64,000 nucleotides of DNA from an uncultured virus (IMG/VR IMGVR_UViG_3300020469_000014) (lineage: Duplodnaviria; Heunggongvirae; Uroviricota; Caudoviricetes): positions 62,001-126,000 of the IMG/VR virus record IMGVR_UViG_3300020469_000014. One strand, 5' to 3'. Positions 19,721-30,291 of this stretch are shown one piece after another. Position numbers and translations under genes: made by a program. The notes under the pieces were generated by a model. The model was not told where the DNA came from. It worked only from the letters and a program-made list of their open reading frames with translations, and did not search any database. Every line of letters begins with the position of its first letter. Position 1 is the first letter of the stretch.

Positions 19721-21591
19721 CAGGTTAAAGCTAAACTATTGAGTTGAATTTGAGTAAATAATGATCCATGATCAGCTACTGGAATTATTTGTGGGGATCC
19801 ACTATCACCCGATCCTGTCACAATGGGTTGTTGACTTGTATTTACAGGGGTAGGAGTAAGTGCAATAATTTGTGAAGATGATTTAGATGGATCATCATAA
19901 GGCATATATCCCGTTGGAACGAATTGAGCAATTTGATTAGGCTTATTCGGAGTGAGAGATGACTGATCTCCCATAGGATCAGTGCCAGGAGAAACTTGTT
20001 TTAGTGATCCTGTTTTTGATCCTGAACCAAAGAAGAAGTTTCCGCCCTTTCCTCTATTAAAATCTCCAGAACCAGACCTATATCCCCTAAAGGATACCAT
20101 AGATCCAATATCACTAACAGATGTTTGAGATAATGATCCACCAGTTTGAAAGTCTTTTAATACTTTTAAAGCGTCAGATGAAGAACCGCCACCAAATAGT
20201 TTTTGTAGTGCATTTAGACCGTCTGGTTGAGAAGCAATCTCAAGTAGTCTTTTCTTTCTCTCCTGTGGATTATTACCTAATGCCGATGAAATAGGACCAT
20301 ACTTTGCTGCTGCAGCACTATCCGCACTAACACCATAAATTGCAGAGGATAGTGGCGAGAATTGTTCCCTGCCCGTAATTTGATCTCCTAAGCTGGTGCC
20401 ATATGCTCTGAAAGAACCACCTGCTTGTGCATCAGCAGCTCTATTAAGCATTACTTGGAACGCATCTGCTTGGTTTTGATTGCCAGATGCTTCCATAGTT
20501 GATAGAAATGCAGCAAGATTTTGCTCTCCTGTACCACCACCACCGCCAAGACTTAACATAGTAGATTGTGATGAAACACTACTAGGATTGGCATCTGACA
20601 TCATCTCGTTAAGTACAGTAAGAGGTTCATCTTGAAGTCTTTTCTTCAACTTTTCTAGTTCAGTCTTAGTTCTAAGGTATTTTTTCGTAGCTTCTTCATC
20701 AGCCGCTAGAGCACCAGCATCTGTATATGCCTTTTCATTTTTTGCAATCTGAGCATCAACTGATTCAGTAATTTCTCGGATCTGACTTTTTTGATCTTTT
20801 GAATTGTCTTTAGGTCCTAGACCTAGTTTTTGTCTTCCTTTTTCCGAAAGTACATTCGGAATATTTATTCCAAAACCAAGAGAAAATACACCATCATCAA
20901 TTTTACCACCAGTAAATTTTCTAATGTTTGCCTTTGTTTGATCTATACGTTCGGATAAGGTTGGACCTTTATCCACCACACCAAAAGCACCAACTTTAGC
21001 AAGGAACACAAATCTATCCATCAATTCCACAAACTGATCTGAATTTTTTTTATCGATACCTCCATCCACAGATGATAATCTATCGTTCATCCTTTCTAGG
21101 GTAGTAGCATCTGAATCTACTTCTGACTTAGGAATTTCTTCTGGGTCTTTCTGGGATACTGCTTTAAGATCTTTCTTCCTGTCTAATGATATATCTTTGT
21201 TCTCATCAGCAGTAGTTTTTACTTTTTCTAATCCTTCATCTCTAATCTTTTGTTCTTCCTTAAGATCTGACTGCATTGCTTTCTCGTTTCCACCATACTG
21301 GTTTTGGAGAAGTTCCTCTGTAGATCTCTCTTTTGATATCATTTGCCCCAAAACTAGAGGCAACATCAAAGCACCGCCAAGTAACATTTTATTCACTTTT
21401 GAACTCCTACCACCACCGAAATTTTTTGCAAATAGTCCAGCTTTTTTTAATGTTTGTTGATTAGGACTATCCTTCGTAACACTTTTAGTCATCACTCCCA
21501 TAAATCGAGCAAATCGATTTATAGTTGATTCAGATTTATCTACTGAATTCTTAGCTTTCTGTGTTATACCAGTTATTTTAGATTTTTTCAT
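19720..21591 (-). CDS. tail/baseplate protein with possible SleB-like cell-wall hydrolase domain
   Basis: MEA...ADAFQVMLNR...DQITGREQFSP resembles Hydrolase_2 motifs; helical N-terminus. Confidence 0.45.
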   Translation of the reverse strand: MKKSKITGITQKAKNSVDKSESTINRFARFMGVMTKSVTKDSPNQQTLKKAGLFAKNFGGGRSSKVNKMLLGGALMLPLVLGQMISKERSTEELLQNQYGGNEKAMQSDLKEEQKIRDEGLEKVKTTADENKDISLDRKKDLKAVSQKDPEEIPKSEVDSDATTLERMNDRLSSVDGGIDKKNSDQFVELMDRFVFLAKVGAFGVVDKGPTLSERIDQTKANIRKFTGGKIDDGVFSLGFGINIPNVLSEKGRQKLGLGPKDNSKDQKSQIREITESVDAQIAKNEKAYTDAGALAADEEATKKYLRTKTELEKLKKRLQDEPLTVLNEMMSDANPSSVSSQSTMLSLGGGGGTGEQNLAAFLSTMEASGNQNQADAFQVMLNRAADAQAGGSFRAYGTSLGDQITGREQFSPLSSAIYGVSADSAAAAKYGPISSALGNNPQERKKRLLEIASQPDGLNALQKLFGGGSSSDALKVLKDFQTGGSLSQTSVSDIGSMVSFRGYRSGSGDFNRGKGGNFFFGSGSKTGSLKQVSPGTDPMGDQSSLTPNKPNQIAQFVPTGYMPYDDPSKSSSQIIALTPTPVNTSQQPIVTGSGDSGSPQIIPVADHGSLFTQIQLNSLALT

Positions 21592-23288
21592 TACAGCGCA
21601 TCCATGATATTAAGCAGTGATTTAGTTGTTGTAAGATGTATATTTGAAGGATCTACTGCAAGAAGTATAGGAGCTTCATTCTCCATCCTACTCATCTTAT
21701 ACTTCCCTGTTTGATTACCACCACCACCTACTGGCACTGGTATTGACACGACTGGAGGAGTTTCCGTTTTGTTGCCTTGGCCAACTGGTTGACTTATACC
21801 ATCTGTTACCTGTCCTAAAGCTTCAAGATTCCTCAGATTAGCAGCAATCTCTAATTTAGGCAAGGAAAGATCACCCATTGTCTCTGTAGGAACATCTGCC
21901 TTACTCTTATCTTTAAATATATCTCCCCTCTTATCAAAGTCAGTCATACCAAAGCTCAACATGTCTCCCATACCAGCGAGACCTCTCATAAGTCCCTGTG
22001 GTTTAGGCATCTCTGCTATAGGTTCCATAGGTGTCCCAGAAGAAGCGGTCGTAGGTTTAATGCCTGGGTCTCCCTTAGATCCAAGAGCGCCTCTATTTCC
22101 CTTAACACCTTGGTTTCCTTTGAGAAATTCTATAGTCTGGGGTTTTAATACTAAATCAGGTCCACCTTGTCCAGTAAAAGTACTTGTCGGATCAGTAAGT
22201 GGTTCTACTGTTGATGGTTGCATATCATCGCCACCAACAACAGTTCCTATGGGAACTGGTCTTCCGAGACTATCAAAGTTTTCATCTGCTTTTTTATCAG
22301 GATCAGGCAGAGGAAAATTAGAATCCAATCCCTCTACGGTAGTAGGAACTGATTTATCCTTATCTTTTGGTGGTTTACCAGCTGGTTGTTCATCATCTGT
22401 TGCGTTCTTTAGACCAGTATCGTCATCACCTTTGCCCTCAACAGCACTCTCTTCTTCCTCTTCAGGATCCTCTTCATTATTAGGGTCTGTATTAATATTT
22501 TTCCTGCTGATTTTACCTTTGAACTGCATCTCAACGAGACTCAAAGCCTCATCAAATTTCTCCAAGGATTCTTTGAATTGTTTAGTTACTTCTGATTTAG
22601 TTCCATCAACATTTAGTTCTTTTTTCTTACGTCCAAACACGTTCTTAGCAAGAGCGAGGCCACCTCCCAGAGCAGATCCCTTAAATAATCCACCACCTAT
22701 TGCTCCAGCAACACCTAACGCTGCTGGTGCTGCCTTAACTGCCAGTGCGGCCAACCCAACAACTGCGGCACCTTTTAATAATCCTTTTAACAAACCTCCC
22801 TTTGACTTTTGAGGTTTGGCCTTCGCCATCTTCTCGATGAGATCAGCAATGATCCCCTTCGATTCCGTTAAAGATCCTAGAGATTTTTTCAGAGAGGATT
22901 GTAGACCCGACAACCCAGAGGCAAAGTTCTGTAAAGAATTTAAACCACCACCAAATATCTTACCTAAGAAGGCCTGTGGATCAAACGTACTGACCTTAGA
23001 TTGTACCGACTTTACTAAATTAGGAACTAGATTTTGGACTTTATTTTCTACTAGTCTTCCAACCCTTTTTATATTTGCTCTAGGTGTTATCTGTTCGGGA
23101 GGTTGTAGAGCCTGAGGAACCAGAGACATTTTGCCTCTGACTTTACTTAACGTTCCTTTTGTGGATGATAGTACTTTATTCTTTGCACCACCTACTAGAC
23201 TCTTGGCTTTCCCAAAAATCTTGTCAGCTTTAACAGTTTTCTTAACTGCTTTAGCACCTTTGTCTAATAGTGATCTTAGTTTAGCCAT
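21591..23288 (-). CDS. putative baseplate hub/tape-measure-like protein
   Basis: K/G/A-rich helical N-terminus, short Gly-X-Y run, located after gp51. Confidence 0.45.
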   Translation of the reverse strand: MAKLRSLLDKGAKAVKKTVKADKIFGKAKSLVGGAKNKVLSSTKGTLSKVRGKMSLVPQALQPPEQITPRANIKRVGRLVENKVQNLVPNLVKSVQSKVSTFDPQAFLGKIFGGGLNSLQNFASGLSGLQSSLKKSLGSLTESKGIIADLIEKMAKAKPQKSKGGLLKGLLKGAAVVGLAALAVKAAPAALGVAGAIGGGLFKGSALGGGLALAKNVFGRKKKELNVDGTKSEVTKQFKESLEKFDEALSLVEMQFKGKISRKNINTDPNNEEDPEEEEESAVEGKGDDDTGLKNATDDEQPAGKPPKDKDKSVPTTVEGLDSNFPLPDPDKKADENFDSLGRPVPIGTVVGGDDMQPSTVEPLTDPTSTFTGQGGPDLVLKPQTIEFLKGNQGVKGNRGALGSKGDPGIKPTTASSGTPMEPIAEMPKPQGLMRGLAGMGDMLSFGMTDFDKRGDIFKDKSKADVPTETMGDLSLPKLEIAANLRNLEALGQVTDGISQPVGQGNKTETPPVVSIPVPVGGGGNQTGKYKMSRMENEAPILLAVDPSNIHLTTTKSLLNIMDAL

Positions 23289-23472
23289 TTTTCATTTGGG
23301 CTTCCCTGGCTCTTGCTTTTAGGTTTTCTTCTTCAATATGAAGTCTAAGTAATCCAACATAGATGTCTCTTTCCCAAGGCATCCAATTCTCAACATCCCA
23401 CAAGTTATATTTATGGTACTGCATGAGAGCAAAATTGATTCGGAAGTATGTCTCAAGATTGATGTGAGACAT
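23281..23472 (-). CDS. gp51: baseplate hub assembly catalyst
   Basis: YFRINFALMQYHKY...ENWMPWERDIYV. Confidence 0.85.
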   Translation of the reverse strand: MSHINLETYFRINFALMQYHKYNLWDVENWMPWERDIYVGLLRLHIEEENLKARAREAQMKNG

Positions 23473-23474
23473 AC

Positions 23475-24191
23475 TTAGGCGAAAAAATCGGCTAAGCCCT
23501 CTAATACTATAGTGTTTTCTTTCTTAGTGTTCGGATTAGTCACAGTAAGTTTATGTGACAATTTAGGCATAGTTTCAAAGAATTTTTCAAGTTTTTGAAA
23601 CTGTTGTGAAGTCAATGCTTCGACCCATTCTTTTAACTCTTTTTTAGTGCAATCCGATGCGGCAAACATCTCTTCATCGTTATAAACCATCTCAATACAA
23701 CTAGAGAGAACATTAAATGATTTCTCAATAGTATCTTCACTGTCAGTAAAGTTGCTATCAATGAACTGGTTGAGAGAAGGATATTTCATCTTCACAGTCC
23801 ATCCATCACCAATTTCAATTTCTGATATGTGATCTTCAGATCTTACAACTTGAATGTCGGAAATAGGAACTGTCACACTCACTTCGGTTTTTCCATCATC
23901 ACCACATGTGACGAGAAGATCAATAGATTCACCTACAGACTTACCACGAATATTTAAAAACAAATATTCAATATCAAAAGCTGGTAGATTATCTATCTTG
24001 AGTCCTGTTGTAATGACGCACTCTTTAATTACTTGCTTAACTGCATTAGTAATATCTTTTTGGTTTCCACCCTCTAGAGCGAGGATAAGTATCTTCTCTT
24101 CTTTTACCAGAAACGGTCTATACTTTATAGTCTTTCCATTTGATGGCAATTCCAACTCATACTCAGTGGTAGTAATTTTTGGTAAAGGCAT
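23475..24191 (-). CDS. gp26: baseplate hub subunit
   Basis: MPLPKI...YELELPS...IKYRPFLVKEEKIL...FDIEYLFLNIRGKSVGE...LEGLADFF. Confidence 0.9.
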   Translation of the reverse strand: MPLPKITTTEYELELPSNGKTIKYRPFLVKEEKILILALEGGNQKDITNAVKQVIKECVITTGLKIDNLPAFDIEYLFLNIRGKSVGESIDLLVTCGDDGKTEVSVTVPISDIQVVRSEDHISEIEIGDGWTVKMKYPSLNQFIDSNFTDSEDTIEKSFNVLSSCIEMVYNDEEMFAASDCTKKELKEWVEALTSQQFQKLEKFFETMPKLSHKLTVTNPNTKKENTIVLEGLADFFA

Positions 24192-24232
24192 AATATGTAA
24201 TTATTCGTTATTATTTAGAAGGGTTTTTGGAG

Positions 24233-25162
24233 CTATCTTGCTGTAGTAGGTTCTGTTTCATTAGTGACATTAGTAGGAGATTCTACGAGAGACTTACTGT
24301 TGTCATCAGTATCATTAGATGGGATGGTTCCACCAGTATATCCAATAACATCAGAACTCCTCACCATAACATACCTATCATAAGCAAAATTGACTGTCAC
24401 TTGCAATACTTGAGAATCTGAATATGATAGTGCAATATCCTGTATGGATGTAGGAAAAACATTAACAAACCTATAACTCAATGCTTCTGGAATGTTATTG
24501 CTCCCTAAACCAAAAGCCAGACTCGTTGGTCTCACGAGAGTTGTATCAATATTCCTCTCAAATTTAGTTATAGTCATACTTCTCTTGTATGACTGTGGAT
24601 ATCTATATCTTAAGAAATTATTATTTGCAAAATGTTTTTCTTCTGGATATCCTGTAGCTGAAGCAGTCTCTAGTCCAGACTCGGAATACATTGGGTTTAT
24701 ATAATTGACCCATTCCTGAAACATTGTAAGACTTCTGTAGTCTCCTGTCAAATAATAAGTGACCGCAATATCATTAAATGTTCTTTGTGCTGCAAATTTC
24801 TCTACTATACCTTGTCTACTCCCAGTCTCCGAAGTAGTTGCAAAAGTTGCTCCAGGCAATATTGCTTCAGTTGCCATTAAGGAAAATCTTTCTTGACCTA
24901 AACTATCTTTCTTATACACACCACAATCTTGTAACCACTTCTCTAAAGTGCCAGCTGAATTAGTAGGTGCTAAATCTAGTCTTACTTTGTAAAAACTTGA
25001 TAAAGATGGATGTCCTAGTGAGTCTAAGAAACTAGTCTCGAAGGTTTCACCAACATCTAATGCGGTGTCTCGTATATCAGCAAAAGGTCTAGGACTTTGG
25101 GGATTTGCCCCCAAGTTTCCAACTTTAGTATTAAAATAAGCTTTCGATTCCTTTGAGGCCAT
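24233..25162 (-). CDS. tail-tube-fold protein (gp54/gp19-like)
   Basis: LPG...R.F....TYY....FQEWVNYI...YP..YK....ITKFER...Y.F.NVFP......LSY......VTVNFAYD. Confidence 0.6.
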   Translation of the reverse strand: MASKESKAYFNTKVGNLGANPQSPRPFADIRDTALDVGETFETSFLDSLGHPSLSSFYKVRLDLAPTNSAGTLEKWLQDCGVYKKDSLGQERFSLMATEAILPGATFATTSETGSRQGIVEKFAAQRTFNDIAVTYYLTGDYRSLTMFQEWVNYINPMYSESGLETASATGYPEEKHFANNNFLRYRYPQSYKRSMTITKFERNIDTTLVRPTSLAFGLGSNNIPEALSYRFVNVFPTSIQDIALSYSDSQVLQVTVNFAYDRYVMVRSSDVIGYTGGTIPSNDTDDNSKSLVESPTNVTNETEPTTAR

Positions 25163-25174
25163 CTAAATAAGGTT

Positions 25175-25654
25175 ATGACTTACCATACTATGTATATGGC
25201 TTATAAGGGAAAATTTAAACCAAAACATATTAAAAAGTATAAAGGTGATCCCACTCAGATCATTTATCGCTCTCTATGGGAGAGAAAGTTCATGGAATAC
25301 TGTGATCTGACCGAGAATATAAGTCAATGGCAATCAGAGGAATTTTGGATACCATACAAGAATCCTTTAGATAGAAAGATGCACAGATACTTTCCTGACT
25401 TTTTCATAAAATACACTGACTCCGATGGAAAGAAACGATCTGTTGTGATAGAAGTGAAACCCAAAAAACAATGCAAGTCTCCTCCAAAGAATCCAAAAAG
25501 GAGAACTAAGTCGTGGGCACATGACGTTCAAGCATGGGTTATTAATCAAGCAAAGTGGGAAGCAGCAGAAGAATACTGTGCTGATAGAAAGTATGAGTTC
25601 AAGATCATGACCGAAGACGATTTAGGAATATCTCATGATCGTAGAAGATATTAA
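25175..25654 (+). CDS. gp4: head completion nuclease
   Basis: AYKGKFKP...KYKGDP..IIYRSLWE...YFPDF...IEVKP...NQAKWEAA. Confidence 0.9.
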   Translation: MTYHTMYMAYKGKFKPKHIKKYKGDPTQIIYRSLWERKFMEYCDLTENISQWQSEEFWIPYKNPLDRKMHRYFPDFFIKYTDSDGKKRSVVIEVKPKKQCKSPPKNPKRRTKSWAHDVQAWVINQAKWEAAEEYCADRKYEFKIMTEDDLGISHDRRRY

Positions 25655-26129
25655 ACAACAAGCTGGTAAGAAGAATAGAAGTGGGGCATGGTATATAAAT
25701 GCTCTTACACAGTCTCTATCTCAAATCCAAAACCCAGACATAAGTACAAGTGATACTAATGGAATAATCGAGGGAGATTTATTTTTCTTTTCATACAGTC
25801 CATCTTTCCCAGAAAGATATCAATTTTGGGACACTCAACCACTAGCGGTGGCACTGAAATTCTATAGAGATGGGTTTCTAGGATGCAATTTACACTATGT
25901 AAATCCATCTTATCGTGATTCTGTTGCAATTAGCTTACTAAATAGTGGCGGCGGGGCTGCAGTGCCTAAAAATACACTACACAAATACCTGTACTCTGGT
26001 GTGGGTAGTTTACTAAAAGTTCCTAAAAATGAAGACTGGGGGGAAATTTCTAAACTTCCTACAGAACAGTTCATAGACAGGAATGGTATGAAATATCCAA
26101 AGTACCGAGCATTTAACTGGAAAAAATAA
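25635..26129 (+). CDS. gp2: DNA end protector-like protein
   Basis: LFFFSY...WDTQPL...GFLGCNLHY...HKYL...LPTEQF; adjacent to gp4. Confidence 0.7.
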   Translation: MIVEDIKQQAGKKNRSGAWYINALTQSLSQIQNPDISTSDTNGIIEGDLFFFSYSPSFPERYQFWDTQPLAVALKFYRDGFLGCNLHYVNPSYRDSVAISLLNSGGGAAVPKNTLHKYLYSGVGSLLKVPKNEDWGEISKLPTEQFIDRNGMKYPKYRAFNWKK

Positions 26130-26130
26130 C

Positions 26131-27855
26131 ATGGCAGAACCTACATTTGCTAACCAAGTTGAAGAGTATGGCAATGAACTTAGGCTTAAGCAAGTACTAA
26201 AACAAGATGTCATCACATCGGATGGTGGTACAGAAGAAGTAACGTACAAAGCATTTATTAAAGGAGACCAAGTAAAAGTATGGCCTGTTGATGATAAGGG
26301 TCTAGTTATTGCTGGGTCAGAACCAATATTTGAAAATGGAGAGTGGAAGCCTGGCTCGGTAACAAGACCAATAATTACAACAAAAGGTCAAGGTGGTTCA
26401 ATTAAAAGTCAGACGAATGTAACTTTTAAGGGAGTTGCTTTTGATAAAGACGGCAATGTAGATCCAACAAACTCAATTTTACAAGAACAATTAGCTGAGA
26501 GAACAAGATCATATGCTAATGTAACAGATGAAAAAGTTGCGGAATGGGCAGAAAACCCAGACCTTACACCTTTACAAAAAGCAGAAAAAGACTTAAAGAG
26601 ACTTAGAGAAGAAGGTTATATCAAAACAGGAAACGCAAAGACCGACATGAGAAGGTCAATGGCATATTCTAGAGCAATAAGAATTGCTCAAAAGAAAGTT
26701 GAGTCAGAAAAAGAAAATGCAGAATTTAACGAAACTCCAGGCGGAAAGAATGGTGAAGGGGGAGGTTTCTCTGGTTCAACACAAAAAATTAAATATGCTT
26801 TTGACAGGGGTGATGAGATCATGTTCTCTAGACCTGTCATATACCCACAAGACATGTCTATGAAGCAAGACCGCATGGTCATTCAGTGTTATACATATGA
26901 ACCTCCATATAGTTCCGAGTTTACTAAAGACAATGGAGCTGCTTATGGTGCTAAAAGAGGAACGGCATTTAGAAAGAAACTGGGTTCTCCAATCATGTTA
27001 CCCATGCCTAATAACATGCAAGATTCTAACCAGAGAATGTGGGAAGAAAGTAATATGAATAATGCGGCACTAGATGGTATTAGAAAAGCTGGTTCTAAGA
27101 CTCTTTTAAAATCTATGATTTCGGGTAGTGGTATCTTTGAAACTCTTGATGCACTAGGTAATATTCTCCAACTAACATCACAACAAGCTGGTAGAGCTGA
27201 TATAGCATCAAACAAAATGAGTCAGTTACTTGCGAATCAGGGATTTGATATCAGTTCAGATCAAATACTAGCTAGAACTGGTGGAGTCATTGCAAACTCC
27301 AACACGGAACTTCTATTTGCTGGTGTGAGTTTAAGAACTTTTGATTTTGAATGGTTACTAACTCCGAGAGATGAACAAGAAGCTCATATATGCAGAATGA
27401 TTATTCGTGCATTTAAAGAGTGGTCTGCTCCAAGAAAAATGACAAAATTGGTTAAGAGTGGAAAAATGAAAGAAACTAATGAGGGTGGTACTGGACAGGC
27501 TGGAGGACCTAGTTACTTCCTAGGCACACCAAACGTATTCAGATTGAGATATGTTACTGATGGAAACAAACCTATCATGGGTGCAAACATGTTCAAAGCT
27601 TGTGCTCTGACAGATATATCAGTAAATTATACCCCAGAAGGTCAATGGATGGCCTATGAAAGAGGTCAACCCACATCATATACGATGAAACTCAGTTTCA
27701 ACGAATTAGAGCCTATATACAACACAGACTACCAAAAAGAAGGTATGTCTGACGGTGATAACAGAATCCATAGTGATAAAAACCAAACTGGAGACTTAAT
27801 GCCAATCTTTGTTGTGAGTCAGGACGATCCAAATACTTCAATGATAGGATACTAA
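26131..27855 (+). CDS. gp48: baseplate tail tube cap
   Basis: LPMP...NTELLF.G..LRTFDF.W.L.PR...E...I...FK...P; LTDISVNYTP...P......LSF.ELEP. Confidence 0.8.
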   Translation: MAEPTFANQVEEYGNELRLKQVLKQDVITSDGGTEEVTYKAFIKGDQVKVWPVDDKGLVIAGSEPIFENGEWKPGSVTRPIITTKGQGGSIKSQTNVTFKGVAFDKDGNVDPTNSILQEQLAERTRSYANVTDEKVAEWAENPDLTPLQKAEKDLKRLREEGYIKTGNAKTDMRRSMAYSRAIRIAQKKVESEKENAEFNETPGGKNGEGGGFSGSTQKIKYAFDRGDEIMFSRPVIYPQDMSMKQDRMVIQCYTYEPPYSSEFTKDNGAAYGAKRGTAFRKKLGSPIMLPMPNNMQDSNQRMWEESNMNNAALDGIRKAGSKTLLKSMISGSGIFETLDALGNILQLTSQQAGRADIASNKMSQLLANQGFDISSDQILARTGGVIANSNTELLFAGVSLRTFDFEWLLTPRDEQEAHICRMIIRAFKEWSAPRKMTKLVKSGKMKETNEGGTGQAGGPSYFLGTPNVFRLRYVTDGNKPIMGANMFKACALTDISVNYTPEGQWMAYERGQPTSYTMKLSFNELEPIYNTDYQKEGMSDGDNRIHSDKNQTGDLMPIFVVSQDDPNTSMIGY

Positions 27856-27856
27856 T

Positions 27857-28606
27857 ATGCAAGGTTATTTTTCCTACTTACCAAATATAGATTACATCTC
27901 CAGATCTCCAGACAGGAGTTCCAATGATGAGTACATTCCAGTAAAAAATATTTTCAGAAGAGCAAAAATTCGTGAAGATCTGGAACAGGTAGCTACATCT
28001 TTTGAAGATTTCTTTGTTGTCGGTGATCTCAGACCAGATCAACTAGCATATACTTTATATGGGGATCCTAGATTTGATTGGGTTATATTAGTAACAAACA
28101 ATATAACAAAAGTTAGAGATCAGTGGCCACTAAATGATATTGATTTCAGAAAATACTGCTTAGAAAAATATGGTAGTGATGAGGGATTGAGTCAGATACA
28201 TCACTATGAGACTATTGAAGATACCGATTGGGCGGGAAGAATAGTTGTTCCAGAAGGATTAAGAGTGGACTCTAACTTCGATCTTAAATATTTAAAGTAT
28301 AGACCAGAAGAACAAAAAATTGTCTCATATAGTAGAGTCACTCAGTTAAATGAATTATCAACCATAGATTCTGTTGGAACTGCAAAAGATGTTAATGGTA
28401 ATGTAATTCAAAATCAGAACGTAGCTCCTGTAACTAACTATGAGTTTGAAGTGGCTATGAATGATGCTAAGAGAAGAATCAGAGTCCTTAGACCAATTTA
28501 TCTGAGCACTATTGTGCAAGATATGAATAGAATAGGTACATATAAGAAATCATCTCAATTCAAGACTAAGAGACTTAAGAGAGCATTCAATCCTAGAACT
28601 ACATAA
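27857..28606 (+). CDS. gp53: baseplate wedge protein
   Basis: YFSYLPNIDY...KNIFRR...RPDQLAY..YGD...DWVIL..NNI....QWP...IHHYET...NDAKR.I.VL. Confidence 0.85.
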   Translation: MQGYFSYLPNIDYISRSPDRSSNDEYIPVKNIFRRAKIREDLEQVATSFEDFFVVGDLRPDQLAYTLYGDPRFDWVILVTNNITKVRDQWPLNDIDFRKYCLEKYGSDEGLSQIHHYETIEDTDWAGRIVVPEGLRVDSNFDLKYLKYRPEEQKIVSYSRVTQLNELSTIDSVGTAKDVNGNVIQNQNVAPVTNYEFEVAMNDAKRRIRVLRPIYLSTIVQDMNRIGTYKKSSQFKTKRLKRAFNPRTT

Positions 28607-28634
28607 AAAAAAGGGGTCGCAAGACCCCTTTCTT
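28604..28634. terminator. bidirectional intrinsic terminator
   Basis: A-tract, GGGGTC-GCAA-GACCCC hairpin, T-rich tract, between convergent gp53 and gp32. Confidence 0.85.
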
Positions 28635-28658
28635 ATTGGCAAATTATTTCAACTATGC

Positions 28659-29576
28659 CTATTCTTCAGCGAGTTTTTGGAAGTAACTTAGTGCGTCGTC
28701 CTCTTCCTCTGTATCCACATCAGCGGATGCAGGGGTAGCACTTGCACGGAGGTTAGATAGTTCCTCCTCAACAGTATTTCCTCTACCCTCACTCAAGTCA
28801 TCAAGATCTTCATCTTGACGTGTAGGTGTTACAACAGCCTTCCTTGAAAGAACTGTATCCAAACGTGCCTTAAGTTGTTCATATGACTTGAACTGGTCTA
28901 CAGCAGTGAACTCACTAAGATCGTAAATCTTGTTATAGATCTCCTCTAGTTTGTCATCATCATCCAAAAGTGATTCGGGTCTTGCAAACTCTGAACTATC
29001 ATAGTTCCAGAATCCAGCCACCTGTTTGATCTTCAACTTGAAGTTAGCACCCTTCCAGAAATCGAATGGGTTGATTGCTTCCTCGTCATCGAACTCAGGT
29101 TGCATTGCAGCAGTGATCTTATCAAAGATCTTCTTACCAAACTTGTACAGTTTTACCTGTCCTTCGTTCTCAGGATTACTAGAATCTTTTACGACATAAA
29201 CATTTGCATAGTAAGAAAGCTTACGCTTTTGCTTACGAGCAATATCTTTGTCTGATTCACGACCACTGTTCCAGAGACTGCGATTCAGTTCTCCAACAGG
29301 ATCATCCTTACCAATAGTAGTTAGACTGTTCTCAATGTACCAACCGCCTGGTCCTTGAAAAGCGTGACTCCAAACTTGAGTCCATGGCAATTCACAATTA
29401 GCATGTGCAGGTAGGAATCGAACAACTGCGTATCCGTTACCCGCTTTATCTACAGCTGGTTTCCAAAGACGTTCATCAGTATTGTTGCCTTTCTCGTTGA
29501 GTTTCTCAACTTTTTTCATCAATCTCTCTGTAAGAGAGCCTGCTTTAGATTGCTTCTTTAATGCAGCAAATGACAT
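28659..29576 (-). CDS. gp32: single-stranded DNA-binding protein
   Basis: DERLWKP..DK.GNGYAV.RFLP...HAFQGPGGWYIENSLTT...GANFKLK; acidic tail. Confidence 0.95.
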   Translation of the reverse strand: MSFAALKKQSKAGSLTERLMKKVEKLNEKGNNTDERLWKPAVDKAGNGYAVVRFLPAHANCELPWTQVWSHAFQGPGGWYIENSLTTIGKDDPVGELNRSLWNSGRESDKDIARKQKRKLSYYANVYVVKDSSNPENEGQVKLYKFGKKIFDKITAAMQPEFDDEEAINPFDFWKGANFKLKIKQVAGFWNYDSSEFARPESLLDDDDKLEEIYNKIYDLSEFTAVDQFKSYEQLKARLDTVLSRKAVVTPTRQDEDLDDLSEGRGNTVEEELSNLRASATPASADVDTEEEDDALSYFQKLAEE

Positions 29577-29640
29577 TTAGTATTCTCCGTATTTTTGTAT
29601 TGTTGGATTGTTTGTATTATAACAGATAATGGTGTCTGTG

Positions 29641-29985
29641 TCAATCTGGAATGTTTTCTTCCAGTTTGTCTAAGGTTTCAGTCAGAGTGTCAAAAAATTC
29701 TGAAATATTTTGACCTGGCTGAAGTCCCAGAAACTTGGCAGACTCTAAGATCTGCTCTTTCATCTCAAGCGCATCAGGATCATCCTTCTCTAATTGCAGT
29801 CTGAACATGAAGTTCCTCTGCTTTTCGAGTAGTGTTCTCATCTTCTTAATGTGCAAAAGGCCGTCATCCGCATTAGGATTTCGCATACCGTTTATTGCTA
29901 GGCCTGACATGATATCTTCTTGTAACTCCTGTATCTCTGCCATGGCAGCTCTTACTGGAGCAGATCTAAAAAATTCACCCATCAA
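29641..29985 (-). CDS. DUF1825-like protein
   Basis: FF.S..V...M.EI.ELQE...LLEKQ....FRL.L..DDP.A..MK. Confidence 0.6.
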   Translation of the reverse strand: MMGEFFRSAPVRAAMAEIQELQEDIMSGLAINGMRNPNADDGLLHIKKMRTLLEKQRNFMFRLQLEKDDPDALEMKEQILESAKFLGLQPGQNISEFFDTLTETLDKLEENIPD

Positions 29986-30003
29986 TCGAATCTGATACTA
30001 ACA

Positions 30004-30291
30004 CTATTTATTTGTTTTTGATACCCACATAGGTAGGTATATAAGGGTAAAAGCAGTACCCCAAAATGATAGAAAAACGTATAAGTGACTACCTCTGTGA
30101 GAGGAAAATGCAAACCCTAAGGCTACAACAATTACCCAAACGTAGTCCACTATACCATGAAAGGTTTGCCAACCATCACCATATTTTTCTATAAGATTGT
30201 CTCGTTGTTTTGAAGCCCAAGGCGAGACATGGCGCATCATCACAAATCCCTCATTGAGGAACATGATGACAAATCCTATCCAGAATATCAC
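30004..30291 (-). CDS. hypothetical membrane protein
   Basis: Several hydrophobic segments. Confidence 0.6.
   Translation of the reverse strand: MIFWIGFVIMFLNEGFVMMRHVSPWASKQRDNLIEKYGDGWQTFHGIVDYVWVIVVALGFAFSSHRGSHLYVFLSFWGTAFTLIYLPMWVSKTNK

Noticed and set aside
21961..22812. 283-aa plus-strand ORF
   Set aside because: Antisense shadow of the low-complexity 565-aa gene; no motifs or expression signals
25175..28606. Plus-strand block inside a minus-strand region
   Set aside because: Opposite orientation of the gp4-gp53 block is the usual arrangement in T4-like cyanophages as I recall; no invertase or flanking inverted repeats
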